A DNA stretch of 63,652 bases, the filler included, from Octopus bimaculoides (taxonomy: Eukaryota), in assembly GCF_001194135.2 (NCBI RefSeq). It is 9 parts of 9 records of this genome, joined end to end, with 100 filler letters (N's around TTAATTAATTAA, not from the genome) between each part and the next. Parts side by side here need not be neighbours in the genome. Positions count along the whole stretch, not along the records: positions 31,472 to 45,501 come from NC_068985.1; positions 45,602 to 49,052 come from NC_068987.1; positions 49,153 to 54,457 come from NW_026400370.1; 6 more parts are not named here. One strand, written 5' to 3'. The notes beneath the pieces were generated by a model. That model saw only the letters and a program-made list of their open reading frames with translations, had not been told where the DNA came from and ran no database searches. Below are positions 38,727-51,622 of the stretch, piece after piece (within the stretch, counting starts at the first letter, position 1; each line of letters starts with the position of its first letter). The translations under genes were made by a program, and so were the position numbers.

Positions 38727-38791
<65 letters not shown>

Positions 38792-38874
38792 GTTGTTGTT
38801 GTTGTTGTTGTTGTTATTATTATTATTATTCAGTAGTCTTATTTTTATCACGTGCTTTCACAGTACTACCGAGC

Positions 38875-39152
38875 ACAGTTCTGTGGCTGAGCACTCCACA
38901 GACACGTGTACCCTTAACGTAGTTCTCGGGAGATTCAGCGCGACACAGTGTGACAAGGCTGACCCTTTGAATTACGGGTACAACAGAAACAGGAAGAAAG
39001 AGTGAAAGAAAGTTGTGGTGAAAGAGTACAGCAGGGTTCGCCACCATCCCCTGCCGGAGCCAATAAACACTCACAACGCCCGATCTGGGAATAGAAACTG
39101 CGACCCTACGACCGCGAGTACGCTGCCCTAACCACTGGCCCATTGCACCTCC
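38875..39152 (-). mobile_element. SINE family C
   Basis: Reverse complement of 52769-53075, with a tRNA-like head GGAGGTGCAATGGGCCAGTGGTTAGGGCAGCG. Confidence 0.9.
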
Positions 39153-40756
39153 ACACACACACACACACACATATATATGTATATAATGGCGGACATGTAT
39201 TTATATATATATATAAACCTGTCTGCGCGCGCGTTTGTGCGTGTGATTATGTAAACGGTTCGATGAATACGGTGTACTTTTTATAATCTGAGCCATTTAT
39301 GGTAAAATCCAAACAAATATAAATGAAAAGAATCAGTTGTGGTACAATATAATATAATATAATATATTATAATATAATATAATAGCGGTATAATACTTTA
39401 TTCTATGTATGTGTGCGTGTATGTATGAATTCATACATTTATTGTATGTATATGTGTAAGCACGTCGGGTGGGGAAGGAGGTAGGTAGATATGTAGAGTT
39501 GCATGTATGTGTAGATATATAGGCGTTAATGAATATATATACTTGTGAAGATATGTATATATGCATATACACAAACGCCTGTAGATCCATACACAAATAC
39601 AATATATATATATATATATATATAAATATATATATATATATGCATATGCATACAGACACATATAAATATATGNNNNNNNNNNNNNNNNNNNNNNNNNNNN
39701 NNNNNNNNNNNNNNNNNNNNNNNNNNNNNNNNNNNNNNNNNNNNNNNNNNNNNNNNNNNNNNNNNNNNNNNNNNNNNNNNNNNNNNNNNNNNNNNNNNNN
39801 NNNNNNNNNNNNNNNNNNNNNNNNNNNNNNNNNNNNNNNNNNNNNNNNNNNNNNNNNNNNNNNNNNNNNNNNNNNNNNNNNNNNNNNNNNNNNNNNNNNN
39901 NNNNNNNNNNNNNNNNNNNNNNNNNNNNNNNNNNNNNNNNNNNNNNNNNNNNNNNNNNNNNNNNNNNNNNNNNNNNNNNNNNNNNNNNNNNNNNNNNNNN
40001 NNNNNNNNNNNNNNNNNNNNNNNNNNNNNNNNNNNNNNNNNNNNNNNNNNNNNNNNNNNNNNNNNNNNNNNNNNNNNNNNNNNNNNNNNNNNNNNNNNNN
40101 NNNNNNNNNNNNNNNNNNNNNNNNNNNNNNNNNNNNNNNNNNNNNNNNNNNNNNNNNNNNNNNNNNNNNNNNNNNNNNNNNNNNNNNNNNNNNNNNNNNN
40201 NNNNNNNNNNNNNNNNNNNNNNNNNNNNNNNNNNNNNNNNNNNNNNNNNNNNNNNNNNNNNNNNNNNNNNNNNNNNNNNNNNNNNNNNNNNNNNATATAT
40301 AACAGCTATAAACACACACTCACATAAATATGCATAGATTCTTTTTTTTTTTTTTTGAGCGCTTGATTTCAAATTGATGACCCTTCTATTCCAGGCACTG
40401 GTTATATATTAAAAAAGCAATGAAATCCCAAACATTAAGAAACATTTCGTTCTGTATTTATTTACATTCTCGTTCCATATTTATTTTCATTTCGTTCCTT
40501 ATTCATTTGCATTCTCGTCGACTGTTGCCAGTTTTATGCTGTAAACTGTCCGATAACATAAGGTTTTCTCCCGGAGTTCTTCGTTCAATCCTCCTGTTTG
40601 GCAAACTCTCATCAATGTATGCCTTTACAATACCATCGTAACATGGTGACGGTGGTGGGATCATCTAGCTCTTGAAAGCTTTGCATGATAGATTATCGCA
40701 GTAAGCTCAAGTAAATGAGACTAATCATATCACTGTCCAAAAAGAATGTTCTTATT

Positions 40757-41024
40757 CAGTGGTTCTCAACCGAGGTCCATATGGCTCTTAGGGGGTCCAT
40801 ATAGCCCTTAGGGGTCTATGTAAGATTTTTCTGTTAACATTTATGTGAAATAAATTGGTAACACTTCTTCAGTGCACAAAATATTTTTAATACAATTTCT
40901 AATAATATTTAATTAGAAAAAATATAATAGGATTTTTAAGCATCGAATGGTTAAGGTGGGAAGGCATTAGAGTAAAATAGGGAACAAAGGGACCCGTAGG
41001 TAAAATAATTGTTGAGAAACACTG
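40757..41024. mobile_element. hAT-like MITE
   Basis: Termini CAGTGGTTCTCAAC ... GTTGAGAAACACTG. No intact 8-bp TSD. Confidence 0.75.
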
Positions 41025-41032
41025 CTCCAATT

Positions 41033-41719
41033 GATCCTACTGTAACTCCTGGTAAATTAAACATGATGTCCCTTTGTATTATGTGGTTTTCAGGCCCCCA
41101 ATAAAGGTAATTGTGGCGGTTAATTAAGCTATATAATTTAAATGTAGCCTCATCACTCCAAACAGTCTTTGTTGAAAAGTATGCATGTATTGCTAAGTAC
41201 CACTCGCAAAACTTACGTCCTCAATCCGGATCTTCATATGAGTTAATCACATAAGTAGATCATCTCGTAAATGAGAACATGGACTATTTTGGGGATGTAT
41301 TTTCCCAATGACAGCGCTTCAAAATGCGATGCTTGATTTTGAAATTCCTTTCTCATGAATCACTAATCGTAAAGATTTCCTTTAACTCTGGTAATATGTT
41401 TCTTACTTTGAGGTACTCGACGATGACTACTGTCTTCCGAAATGCTTCTTGTGACCATTCTGAACAGTTCCATATAGATTCAAATTTATCTCTAATTTCA
41501 GTAATGGTAACTTGCGTAAGTAGATCTGTTTGAAATTCTCTCCTAAATTTTCTTAGCACTTGGATTGCATTTTCAAACTGCTCTTACTACTTTAGGATAA
41601 ATTTTGTTTGTTCAAAGCTTAGTCAGATTCCTTACCATTTCTATTTGATTAAATCTAAAGAGAAATGGAAAGTGAGTAATCAACTTTTAAAATGTGCATA
41701 CATTTTTGGGACACACTAT
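41033..41719 (-). mobile_element. Tc1/mariner superfamily transposon 5' fragment (decayed)
   Basis: KFRREFQTD...ITEIRDKFE, KYIPKIVHVL and VWSDEATFKL..INRHN.LYW motifs. The terminus tttttgggacacacTA resembles Tc1-type TIRs. Confidence 0.8.
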
Positions 41720-41892
41720 ATATATATATATACATTAATTTTTAGGAACATGTATTTCTTCTTTGAATATATTCAACATAAAAGGTGTCAAAAAGAAGAA
41801 CACGTTTATGCATTGACAAATACAAACACACGTACGAGCGCATATACATTCATACATACACACATGTATATATCACCAGATATATATACGTA

Positions 41893-41953
<61 letters not shown>

Positions 41954-42415
41954 TCACACACGCGTGTACATACATATATATACACATATACACACACATA
42001 TGAATATATATCTATGTATATACATACATACATACATGTACATACATTTATATATATATATATATACATTATGTAAGTAGGGGTAACAGAAAAATAGAGA
42101 TAATAAAGAAAAGCTATTGAACAAAGCGCAAAAAGAAATCACCACTCCCTTCGTTTAAACTTATTATTAGGCCCAGAGCTACACAATTCACATTGCATAA
42201 TCCGGTTGGGAAGGTAATATATGAGTGTGTGTGTATACATGTGTACCTGTGCATACCTGCATGAGTGTATGATGTATGTATGTTTGTAAAGTATGTGTGT
42301 ATGTATGTAATGTATGTTTGTATGTATGTAATGTATGTATATCTATCTATGTGTATGATAAGGGAAGGTAACATAGTATGTAGTATAATTCAGTTCAGCT
42401 TATCTCATGTGTGTG

Positions 42416-42463
<48 letters not shown>

Positions 42464-43649
42464 ATATGNNNNNNNNNNNNNNNNNNNNNNNNNNNNNNNN
42501 NNNNNNNNNNNNNNNNNNNNNNNNNNNNNNNNNNNNNNNNNNNNNNNNNNNNNNNNNNNNNNNNNNNNNNNNNNNNNNNNNNNNNNNNNNNNNNNNNNNN
42601 NNNNNNNNNNNNNNNNNNNNNNNNNNNNNNNNNNNNNNNNNNNNNNNNNNNNNNNNNNNNNNNNNNNNNNNNNNNNNNNNNNNNNNNNNNNNNNNNNNNN
42701 NNNNNNNNNNNNNNNNNNNNNNNNNNNNNNNNNNNNNNNNNNNNNNNNNNNNNNNNNNNNNNNNNNNNNNNNNNNNNNNNNNNNNNNNNNNNNNNNNNNN
42801 NNNNNNNNNNNNNNNNNNNNNNNNNNNNNNNNNNNNNNNNNNNNNNNNNNNNNNNNNNNNNNNNNNNNNNNNNNNNNNNNNNNNNNNNNNNNNNNNNNNN
42901 NNNNNNNNNNNNNNNNNNNNNNNNNNNNNNNNNNNNNNNNNNNNNNNNNNNNNNNNNNNNNNNNNNNNNNNNNNNNNNNNNNNNNNNNNNNNNNNNNNNN
43001 NNNNNNNNNNNNNNNNNNNNNNNNNNNNNNNNNNNNNNNNNNNNNNNNNNNNNNNNNNNNNNNNNNNNNNNNNNNNNNNNNNNNNNNNNNNNNNNNNNNN
43101 NNNNNNNNNNNNNNNNNNNNNNNNNNNNNNNNNNNNNNNNNNNNNNNNNNNNNNNNNNNNNNNNNNNNNNNNNNNNNNNNNNNNNNNNNNNNNNNNNNNN
43201 NNNNNNNNNNNNNNNNNNNNNNNNNNNNNNNNNNNNNNNNNNNNNNNNNNNNNNNNNNNNNNNNNNNNNNNNNNNNNNNNNNNNNNNNNNNNNNNNNNNN
43301 NNNNNNNNNNNNNNNNNNNNNNNNNNNNNNNNNNNNNNNNNNNNNNNNNNNNNNNNNNNNNNNNNNNNNNNNNNNNNNNNNNNNNNNNNNNNNNNNNNNN
43401 NNNNNNNNNNNNNNNNNNNNNNNNNNNNNNNNNNNNNNNNNNNNNNNNNNNNNNNNNNNNNNNNTGCTTGATAATTTGCATAAAAGAGCGAATGTTTTCC
43501 TAGTTAAGGAGAGAAACTAATACCGTTTAATCATGTCAATATTTTCTGAGCGAGGCTAAAAGTGTTTACTACAAAATACGCACTTCTTAATTTATCTTGT
43601 ATTTCTGCTAAGCACCGCGTATTACTACTTTTATTGTGTATGTATGTGC

Positions 43650-43699
<50 letters not shown>

Positions 43700-44611
43700 A
43701 AGAGAGAGAAAGAATAGTCAACGTCATCACCATTATTTTTTTGCCTTATCCCTTGCGCTTCGCCATTCCATCAAGTGTCGTACGACCTTCAGGGTAGATG
43801 CGTAACGCACCAAATCGGACAACGTTTTCATCTTGTCCTGTATAGTATATACTTCTTTCGACGGAACAGATAATATTCAATATATCAAATATGGTTGCTT
43901 GCAATTGCTCTTTCAAGAGCATGACAGACGCTTTTTGAGATAAAGAGATATACTATTTTTCTACATTTTTTCGTTTACAGGAAAAGGACTGGGCTTATAG
44001 ATACGCGTTTTCTTGTCACATAGCTCTGCAAGGCATACCTTTTCTTCACCAGCTATTTTTAGATCCTGATTACTCAAGGTCGCATCGGTGAACGAAGGAA
44101 GGCTGGAAACGCTTTTCCTATCTTCGATTCAAACTCACTATTCATTCCTTCGTATGAATAAATATGTGAGCGTATTTCATTTCAGCTATTGTTATTATCA
44201 GTAATTCTGTCGTTGAAATTGTTCAGAACATGTTGATGTCTTCTATATTTTTTTTAAAGTTGTGAAATAAGTCTACAATGCTGGGAAAAATGTTTCTGTT
44301 TACTGTCTGACAAAAATGCTGGTTTCAGTTGTCTTCGTTTGTTTACTTGTTTGTTTGTTGTACGAGTGTGCATTTGCATATTGTAGCCATTTTATCAGCC
44401 AATGAGGTGAATAAAGAAATTTTTTCGTCGGAAATTAAAGTTGTTTTTTCCTGCAAACGTTGAAAATAATGTAAACAATAAGATTCTCATATTTCTCTGT
44501 CATTGAAAGATATTTTTCCACGTGAAAATGGACGAAATGGGTCGAAACACGTCTGACGATTTCAAATTCGATAACAGCAACAACGACGACAACAACAACG
44601 ACAACAACAAT

Positions 44612-44814
44612 AATTCTTTCTACTAAAGACTCAAGGTATGAAATTGGGTGGGAGGGGACGAGTCGAATGCATTGACTCCAGTGTGTAACTGGTACTTAAT
44701 TTGAAAGGCAAATTCGATCTCGGCGGAGTTTGAACTCAGAACGTAAAGACAGACGAAATGCTGCTAAGCATTTTGCCTGGCGCGCTAACAATTCTGCCAA
44801 CTCGCCGCCTTAGC

Positions 44815-44850
<36 letters not shown>

Positions 44851-44860
44851 NNNNNNNNNN

Positions 44861-44899
<39 letters not shown>

Positions 44900-45314
44900 C
44901 AATAATAACCCTTTCTGCTAAAGGCACATGACCTGAAATCTGGTGGGGAGGGGATTAATCGATTATCGACCCTAGTATCTCACTGGTACTTAATTTATCG
45001 ACCCCGAAAGGATGAAAAGCAAAGTCAACCTCAGCGGAATATAAACTCAGAACGTAAAGAATAGACGAAATGCCGTTAAGCATGTCACCCATCGTACTAA
45101 TTAATCCTTTCTACTAAAGGCCCAAGGCCTCAGATTTGTAGTGTGGGGACTAATCGATTATATCGACCCCAGTGTTTCACTAGTAATTAATTTATCGACC
45201 CCGAAAGGAGGAAAGGCAAAGTCGACCTCGGCGGAATTTGAACTCGGAACGTAGCGACGGGCGAAATACCGCTAAGTATCCAGCGCGCAAACGATTCTGC
45301 TAACTCACCGCCTT
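44612..45314 (-). mobile_element. Three tandem SINE B copies separated by (AAT)n runs
   Basis: Heads (…ctcgccgcctt and …ctcaccgcctt) at 44811 and 45314, with three bodies. Confidence 0.85.
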
Positions 45315-45330
45315 AATAACAACTACAACT

Positions 45331-45420
<90 letters not shown>

Positions 45421-46681
45421 TTTAAAAAAAGGATTGACGTAACTCTTCACGAAGGTAAATAGTCAAAACGAAGAGCGCGATTTTAGATGTTTTATTTTTT
45501 TNNNNNNNNNNNNNNNNNNNNNNNNNNNNNNNNNNNNNNNNNNNNTTAATTAATTAANNNNNNNNNNNNNNNNNNNNNNNNNNNNNNNNNNNNNNNNNNN
45601 NAAAAAAAAAAAAAAAATTCTGGGAAAAGTGAAAGATAGGGAGGGGCTAACTGAAAATTTGAAAATGCGATGCTTTGAAAATTATTTTTTCAGAATCGGA
45701 TCCTCCATAACCCAAAATGTGGGATTCTGTAAGAAAAGATCAATATATATCAATTTTACCGGAAGTTATGTCAGAAAAATCTGATCTTGTGAATTTTCTG
45801 AAAGTTCCCTCCCCACCCCCAGAGTTGTTGGCACGCATTTTTTTCATATTCCTTTTCCACATACTTGTTAACCCCCACCAACTGGTTAATTTTTCTTGTT
45901 CCCAGGTGGGGATCTTTATATTGACTGTCATTGATGTCGAAAATATGCGGTTTTGAATTCCGTATAACCTGGCATTGTGTAGTGGCTTCAAGTGATGCAG
46001 TATTGAAGTTGGTTACACACACATCCGTTTTAAGTTGGCTCTATGTTTATGGTCTTAGCAGGTTGGTATGGTTTACCGGTATTTCTTACCTGAAATGAAC
46101 AATGGTATGAATCCTCTACTGAACAAAAGCTCTGTAAACGCAGTTTTTACGGAATTATTGAATTTATAAGTTTACTGTGTTAAAGGTTGAGTAATATACT
46201 AAAACATCTCTGTAGGTAAGGTTTTGGGCTAACAAACTCTTGTAAATTCATATCTGCTGCAGGCAGGATATCCATTCTGTGTGTTTCACTTCCTTCTGAT
46301 GGAATCTTGTGTTGAGAAAAAAACTCGCCTCTTGTTCAGAATTGCAATACAATTTGGAGCTTAGCTTTTTTGGAAATATTTCTCATATTATTTTGGGATG
46401 TCATAGCATTGCCGAAAAGTGTATGCAATTTTCATAGATTTTAACCATTGTTCACCCCTGCCCCACTTTAGTTACACAACAATTTTGAAAATAACAAAAG
46501 TTTCAAGGAATGTAAGAAGCATATCCAATATATCTTTAAGAGCACTTTTAGTTGTGTCACCTTCAATAATTCCAATGGTATCTATTGGCAGAGAAATAGG
46601 AACTACTATATACTTTAAGAAATCAATCTATTTAGTTTTCTTTCAGGTTATAGCAGTCCTCTGCTGGCTGAGGGGGATTAG

Positions 46682-47274
46682 TGTGGAAGCTACATTTTAT
46701 TTTCCTGGCTGAGATTTGAAACTGAATCTAAGGATTCACACTCGCCCGATCCACCACTATTGGCTGACGAGGTGCGAAAAATTTCTTTGTCCTGTCAAAA
46801 AGTGATGGAGAAGTTTCCACTCAACCTCTGACCTGGGCTGTGTCATGGAAAGTTCAGATGGTATATCCATCCTTCTAGCTAGAAGAGGCCATTATAAATA
46901 TGGATCCCGTAGACACACACCAGTTAACCAGCAACTGGCAAACAGTGACCAGCCAACAATTAGTCAGTGACACACAGCAGTTAGCAGTTGCAAACGAGAT
47001 AGAAAACCAGCACAACACAGCCAAATGACAAACGTATACACACACACACAAAATATGTTTTGTACTATCTTTTCCTATCAACATTCTCTTTCTTCCATTT
47101 TTACTTTGCTGACTCGTAGTTGGCTGTTTTATGTAGCGGCATATTTGTTTCGAGTATTTGACAAGTAAATACAACTGTGACCGAATAAATAATGAAAACT
47201 GTATTCCTATTCTTCATTTTTGTTTTCCTTAAATGCTGGTCAAACATGCCTAGCATAATCTGCTACACTTAACA
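46682..47274 (+). mobile_element. LTR-like segment preceded by a polypurine tract
   Basis: GAGGGGGATTAG|TGTGG start, TATAAATA at about 46889, AATAAA at about 47185, ends TTAACA. Confidence 0.5.
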
Positions 47275-47392
47275 ACTTACATTGATTCATCAACAACACA
47301 TTTCGCTACACATCCCACTACACTCTGCTGGACATATCCCTCTTCAGCCTTTTTCCTGTCCATTGCCCTTGTAGTTCAAACCAGTCCTGGAT

Positions 47393-47649
47393 GAGGGTTG
47401 GCTGAAAGTTCATAGGCTGACTAGGATCCTGTCATAAAATGTGACCAAATGAGGTTTATTTTCAATATAGTCTCCCTTGTGGTCCACACGCTTCTTCCAT
47501 TGGTGTTGCAGTGCTTGGATCCCATTGGTGAAGAAGCTTTCATCCTGTTGGTCAAAAACGTTATCAACAGCAGATATAACGATATTACTGTGATATTTGT
47601 TCCCAGCCAAGTGTTTTTTCATGTTGGGGAACAAATGATAGTCAGATGG
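47393..47649 (-). mobile_element. Mariner transposase 3' end with TIR
   Basis: ORF 47410..47634 -: FPNMKKHLAG...DESFFTNGIQALQHQWKKRVDHKGDYIE. Confidence 0.85.
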
Positions 47650-49052
47650 GGTTTTAGGAGAGTGGGTTATATATCTTTAGATATACGCCTAACTTTCCTA
47701 CATTAAATTGGAAGAGAACTGAACGCAGAAACTCCAAACTGATCAACAACAACAAATATTTATTGTTCGGTGGAAAATAAAACAGCTTCTAATTGTCCGG
47801 TTTTAGAGTAGCCTGAAATGTAGATGTACGGTTCTTCAAGCTGGTGTCGTTATAGAGACAACTTGGTTCAACCACACTCAAATGGGAGAGCTTGCTTAGA
47901 CGTCTTGCTTGGTCGCTGTCTGGCTTTGTAAGAGACAGTCTAATAGCGGGAACGCTTCGATGTTTTAAACCCACGCATGCGTGGTTAAGGATTCAGCAAT
48001 GGCGTCGGCCTTTTGGCGCCAATATGACGTCACTACAATGGCTCCCNNNNNNNNNNNNNNNNNNNNNNNNNNNNNNNNNNNNNNNNNNNNNNNNNNNNNN
48101 NNNNNNNNNNNNNNNNNNNNNNNNNNNNNNNNNNNNNNNNNNNNNNNNNNNNNNNNNNNNNNNNNNNNNNNNNNNNNNNNNNNNNNNNNNNNNNNNNNNN
48201 NNNNNNNNNNNNNNNNNNNNNNNNNNNNNNNNNNNNNNNNNNNNNNNNNNNNNNNNNNNNNNNNNNNNNNNNNNNNNNNNNNNNNNNNNNNNNNNNNNNN
48301 NNNNNNNNNNNNNNNNNNNNNNNNNNNNNNNNNNNNNNNNNNNNNNNNNNNNNNNNNNNNNNNNNNNNNNNNNNNNNNNNNNNNNNNNNNNNNNNNNNCC
48401 TTGTGTAACTTTTTACGAACCGGATACATAGTTTTTTTTTCTGAATGGAAGAAAAATGTTCAATAAAAATTTTAAAAAACTGAAATTGTCCAGTAAAAAA
48501 CACAATAAATCAAACGTAAATAATTTTTTCTAATTTCTTGGGCCAATGCACCGTCCTGCCAAACCTAGTGACATAAGGTTCGCTAGGGTTCCTTTGCAAC
48601 AACGAAGGTGGTGTAATCGTTGGTGTGTGTGATTGTGATGGTGCTGATGTTGGTGTATGCATTGGTAAAGGCGTTGACAATGTATGTGGTGATAGTGGTG
48701 TGTGCGGCATTTGAAACATGGGCATGTCGTCCACGGGAGTTGAAGGTTTGTCAAGGTACGCTTTTTTCAGATGGTCGACAGACACAATTTCTGTACAACC
48801 ATTAGCGTCAACCTTGAAAAACTTTGGAGTGCGAGAAAGCACACGATAGGATCCTTTGTAAGGAGAAACAAGGGGTCCTTTGACAGAATCATCCCTAATA
48901 AACACATGAGACCAAGACTCAATGTCTGCTGGCACTCTAAAGGGAGGTGACTGTTGTCTGGGGCCCATAGATGGAAGATTGGAGAAATACTCTCGCAACC
49001 GAGTAACATAGGACTCTGGGTGTGGTGGTTGTGATGAGTCTGGTACCACCAT
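47647..49052 (-). mobile_element. Ty3/Gypsy retrotransposon 3' end: integrase C-terminus (48510-49052), PPT remnant and 3' LTR (about 47647-48037)
   Basis: HVFIRDDSVKGPLVSPYKGSYRVLSRTPKFFKVD is a GPY/F-type motif. The minus strand reads GGGAGCCAT|TGTAGTGACG at the LTR start, with AATAAA near the LTR end. Confidence 0.85.
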
Positions 49053-50189
49053 NNNNNNNNNNNNNNNNNNNNNNNNNNNNNNNNNNNNNNNNNNNNTTAA
49101 TTAATTAANNNNNNNNNNNNNNNNNNNNNNNNNNNNNNNNNNNNNNNNNNNNAACCATGTGGTTGGTAAGCAAGCTACTTACCACACAGCCACTCCTGCC
49201 TCTACGGTGATGAAAATGATAATGCTGATGATGAGGATAATGGTGCTAACAATCATAAAAATCATTATCATCACCAAGAAGATGTTGAAGAGGACGATGT
49301 TCATGATGCAGTTGACGATGATGATGAAGTTCGTGATGATACTGATGATGACGATGAAGACGTTGATGACGATTATAATGATGACGTTGACGGCGATGAT
49401 AAAGTTCGTGTTGATGATAATGATGATGATATAAATGATGGCGATGATCATGATGATGATCATGGTAATGATATTAATGATGAGGTTATGATTATGATGA
49501 TGACAATGATAATGTTGAAGAAGATGAGTAAGATCGTGATGATGATGATGATGATCATCATCATCATAGTGATGATAAACAGGATGATGACGATAATAAT
49601 AATGCGGATGATAAAGATGGAAATGATGATGATGATGATGATGATAATGATGATGAAGATGAAAATAATGAAGATGGTGCAAATGATGAAGATAAGCCGA
49701 TGATGACGATGATGAGGCTTATGATGAGGATTATGACGAAGATTATGTTGATAATGATGAAGATGATGATCATAGACATGACCATGATAATGATAATGAT
49801 GATGATGATGAAATGCTAATGCTGATCATGACAATCATGATAATGATTATGGTAATGAAGTTGATGATGATGATTGTATTATTGTGATAAACATCAAATA
49901 AAGAAGAATCTGAAAAAGGTGAAGAAGAAGAAGAAGGGAAAGAAGAATAGGAAGGAGGAGGAGCGAAGGAAGAAGACGAAGAAAAAGAAGAAGAAAAATA
50001 ATAAAGAATGTGAAGGAGGAGAAAAAGGAGTTGGAGAAAAAGAAGCTGGAGAAGAAGAAAAAAGAAAAAAAGAAGAAGAAGGAGGAGGAGCGAAGGAAGA
50101 AGAAGAAAATAATAAAGAATGTGAAGGAGAAGAAAAAGGAGTTGGAGAAAAAGAAGCTGGAGAAGAAGAATGAAAGCAAGAAGAAAGCT

Positions 50190-50350
50190 GATTATAAATG
50201 TCTTATTTATATGAATGAGAAAAATTGGCAAATGATTTAATATTAAACATTGAGAATTATATCGTGAGTGAAAGAGTCTGAAGAAAACAGAAGAGGCAAC
50301 TTACAATAATATGGAATAATAATATGGAATAGTTTCATAGATACAATATT
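50190..50350 (-). pseudogene. Array unit with the LRR exon body and acceptor deleted
   Basis: The donor GTAAGT (forward acttac, 50299-50304) and its flank are intact. Only AAT of the exon remains before the sequence jumps to the distal acceptor flank (gaatagtttc). Confidence 0.75.
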
Positions 50351-50554
50351 CAAGAAGATGAAGAAGAAAGAAGGGGAGGAGCGATGGAACAAGAAGAAAA
50401 AGAGTAGTAGAAGAAGAAGAAGAAGAAGAAGAAAGCAGATTACATATGTCATGTCTTACTAATATGAATGCAAAAAATCGGCAAATTATTTAATATTAAA
50501 CATTGAGAATTATATCGTGAGTGAAAGAGTCTGAAGAAAACAGAGGCAACTTAC

Positions 50555-50626
50555 AATTCTTTTAAATTGTAGAGATTTGCAAACCATCCAACTTTGATCT
50601 CCGTAATTCGATTCCGGTTAAGTTTT
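50555..50626 (-). CDS. 72-nt LRR exon E4: (L)KLNRNRITEIKVGWFANLYNLKE(L)
   Basis: tttttataatgcAG|A AAA CTT AAC ... AAA GAA TT|GTAAGT. Phase 2 at both ends, open frame. Confidence 0.88.
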
Positions 50627-51550
50627 CTGCATTATAAAAAGGAGAAGTTTAGAAATAATACGGAATAGTTTCGTGATACAATGTTCAATACTGAGTGATA
50701 AGAGTGAGTGGAAAATGGAGAATAATTAGGAGGATGAGGAAGAACGGAATATGAAGATGGTGATGATAATGGGATTCTGATGATGATATTGGTGAAGCTG
50801 GTTGTGTTGGTGAACATCATGTTGGTAAGGATGATGATGATGAAAGAAGAAGAAGAAGAAGAAGAAGTGAAGGAAAAACAAAAAGAAAGAATATGATGAA
50901 GAAAAATGAGTAGTAGAATAATAAGAAGGTATAGGAGAAAGAGAAAAAGAAGAAGAAAGAAGAACGAGAAGAAGAAGCGAAGGAAAAACAAAAAAAGAAT
51001 ATGATGAAGAAAAATGAGTAGTAGAATAATAAGAAGGTATAGGAGAAAGAGAAGAAGAAAGAAGAATGAGAAGAAGAAGAAGAAGAAGAAAGAAGAACGA
51101 GAAGAATGGGAGAAAAAGAAGAAGAAAAAGAAGGAAAAACAAAAAGAATATGATGAAGAAAAATGAGTAGTAGTATAATAAGAAGGTATAGGAGAAAGAG
51201 AAGAAGAAGAAGAAGAAAGAAGAACGAGAAGAAGAAGAAGCGAAGGAAAAACAAAAAAAGAATATGATGAAGAAAAAAGATTAGTAGTATAATAAGAAGG
51301 TATAGGAGAAAAAGAAGAAGAAGGAAAAACAAAAAGAAAGAATATGATGAAGAAAAAAGAGTAGTAGTATAATAAGAAGGTATAGGAGAAAGAGAAGAAG
51401 AAGAAGAAGAATGAAAGCAAGAAGAAAGCAGATTACATATGTGTTACTAATGTGAATGAGACAAATTGGCAAATGATTTAATATTAAACATTTAAACATT
51501 GAGAATTATATCGTGAGTGAAAGAGTCTGAAGAAAACAGAGGCAACTTAC

Positions 51551-51622
51551 AATTTTTCTAAACTGTAGAGATTTGCAAACGATACATCACTGATGTCTTG
51601 AATTTGATTGCCGTAAAGATAT
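51551..51622 (-). CDS. 72-nt LRR exon E3: (L)YLYGNQIQDISDVSFANLYSLEK(L)
   Basis: ccttttgtaatgcAG|A TAT CTT TAC ... GAA AAA TT|GTAAGT. Phase 2 at both ends, open frame. Confidence 0.88.

Noticed and set aside
47281-47355. 75-nt open phase-2 segment ending at GTAAGT on the minus strand
   Set aside because: The acceptor is purine-rich, the peptide is not LRR-like, and it lies between transposon fragments.
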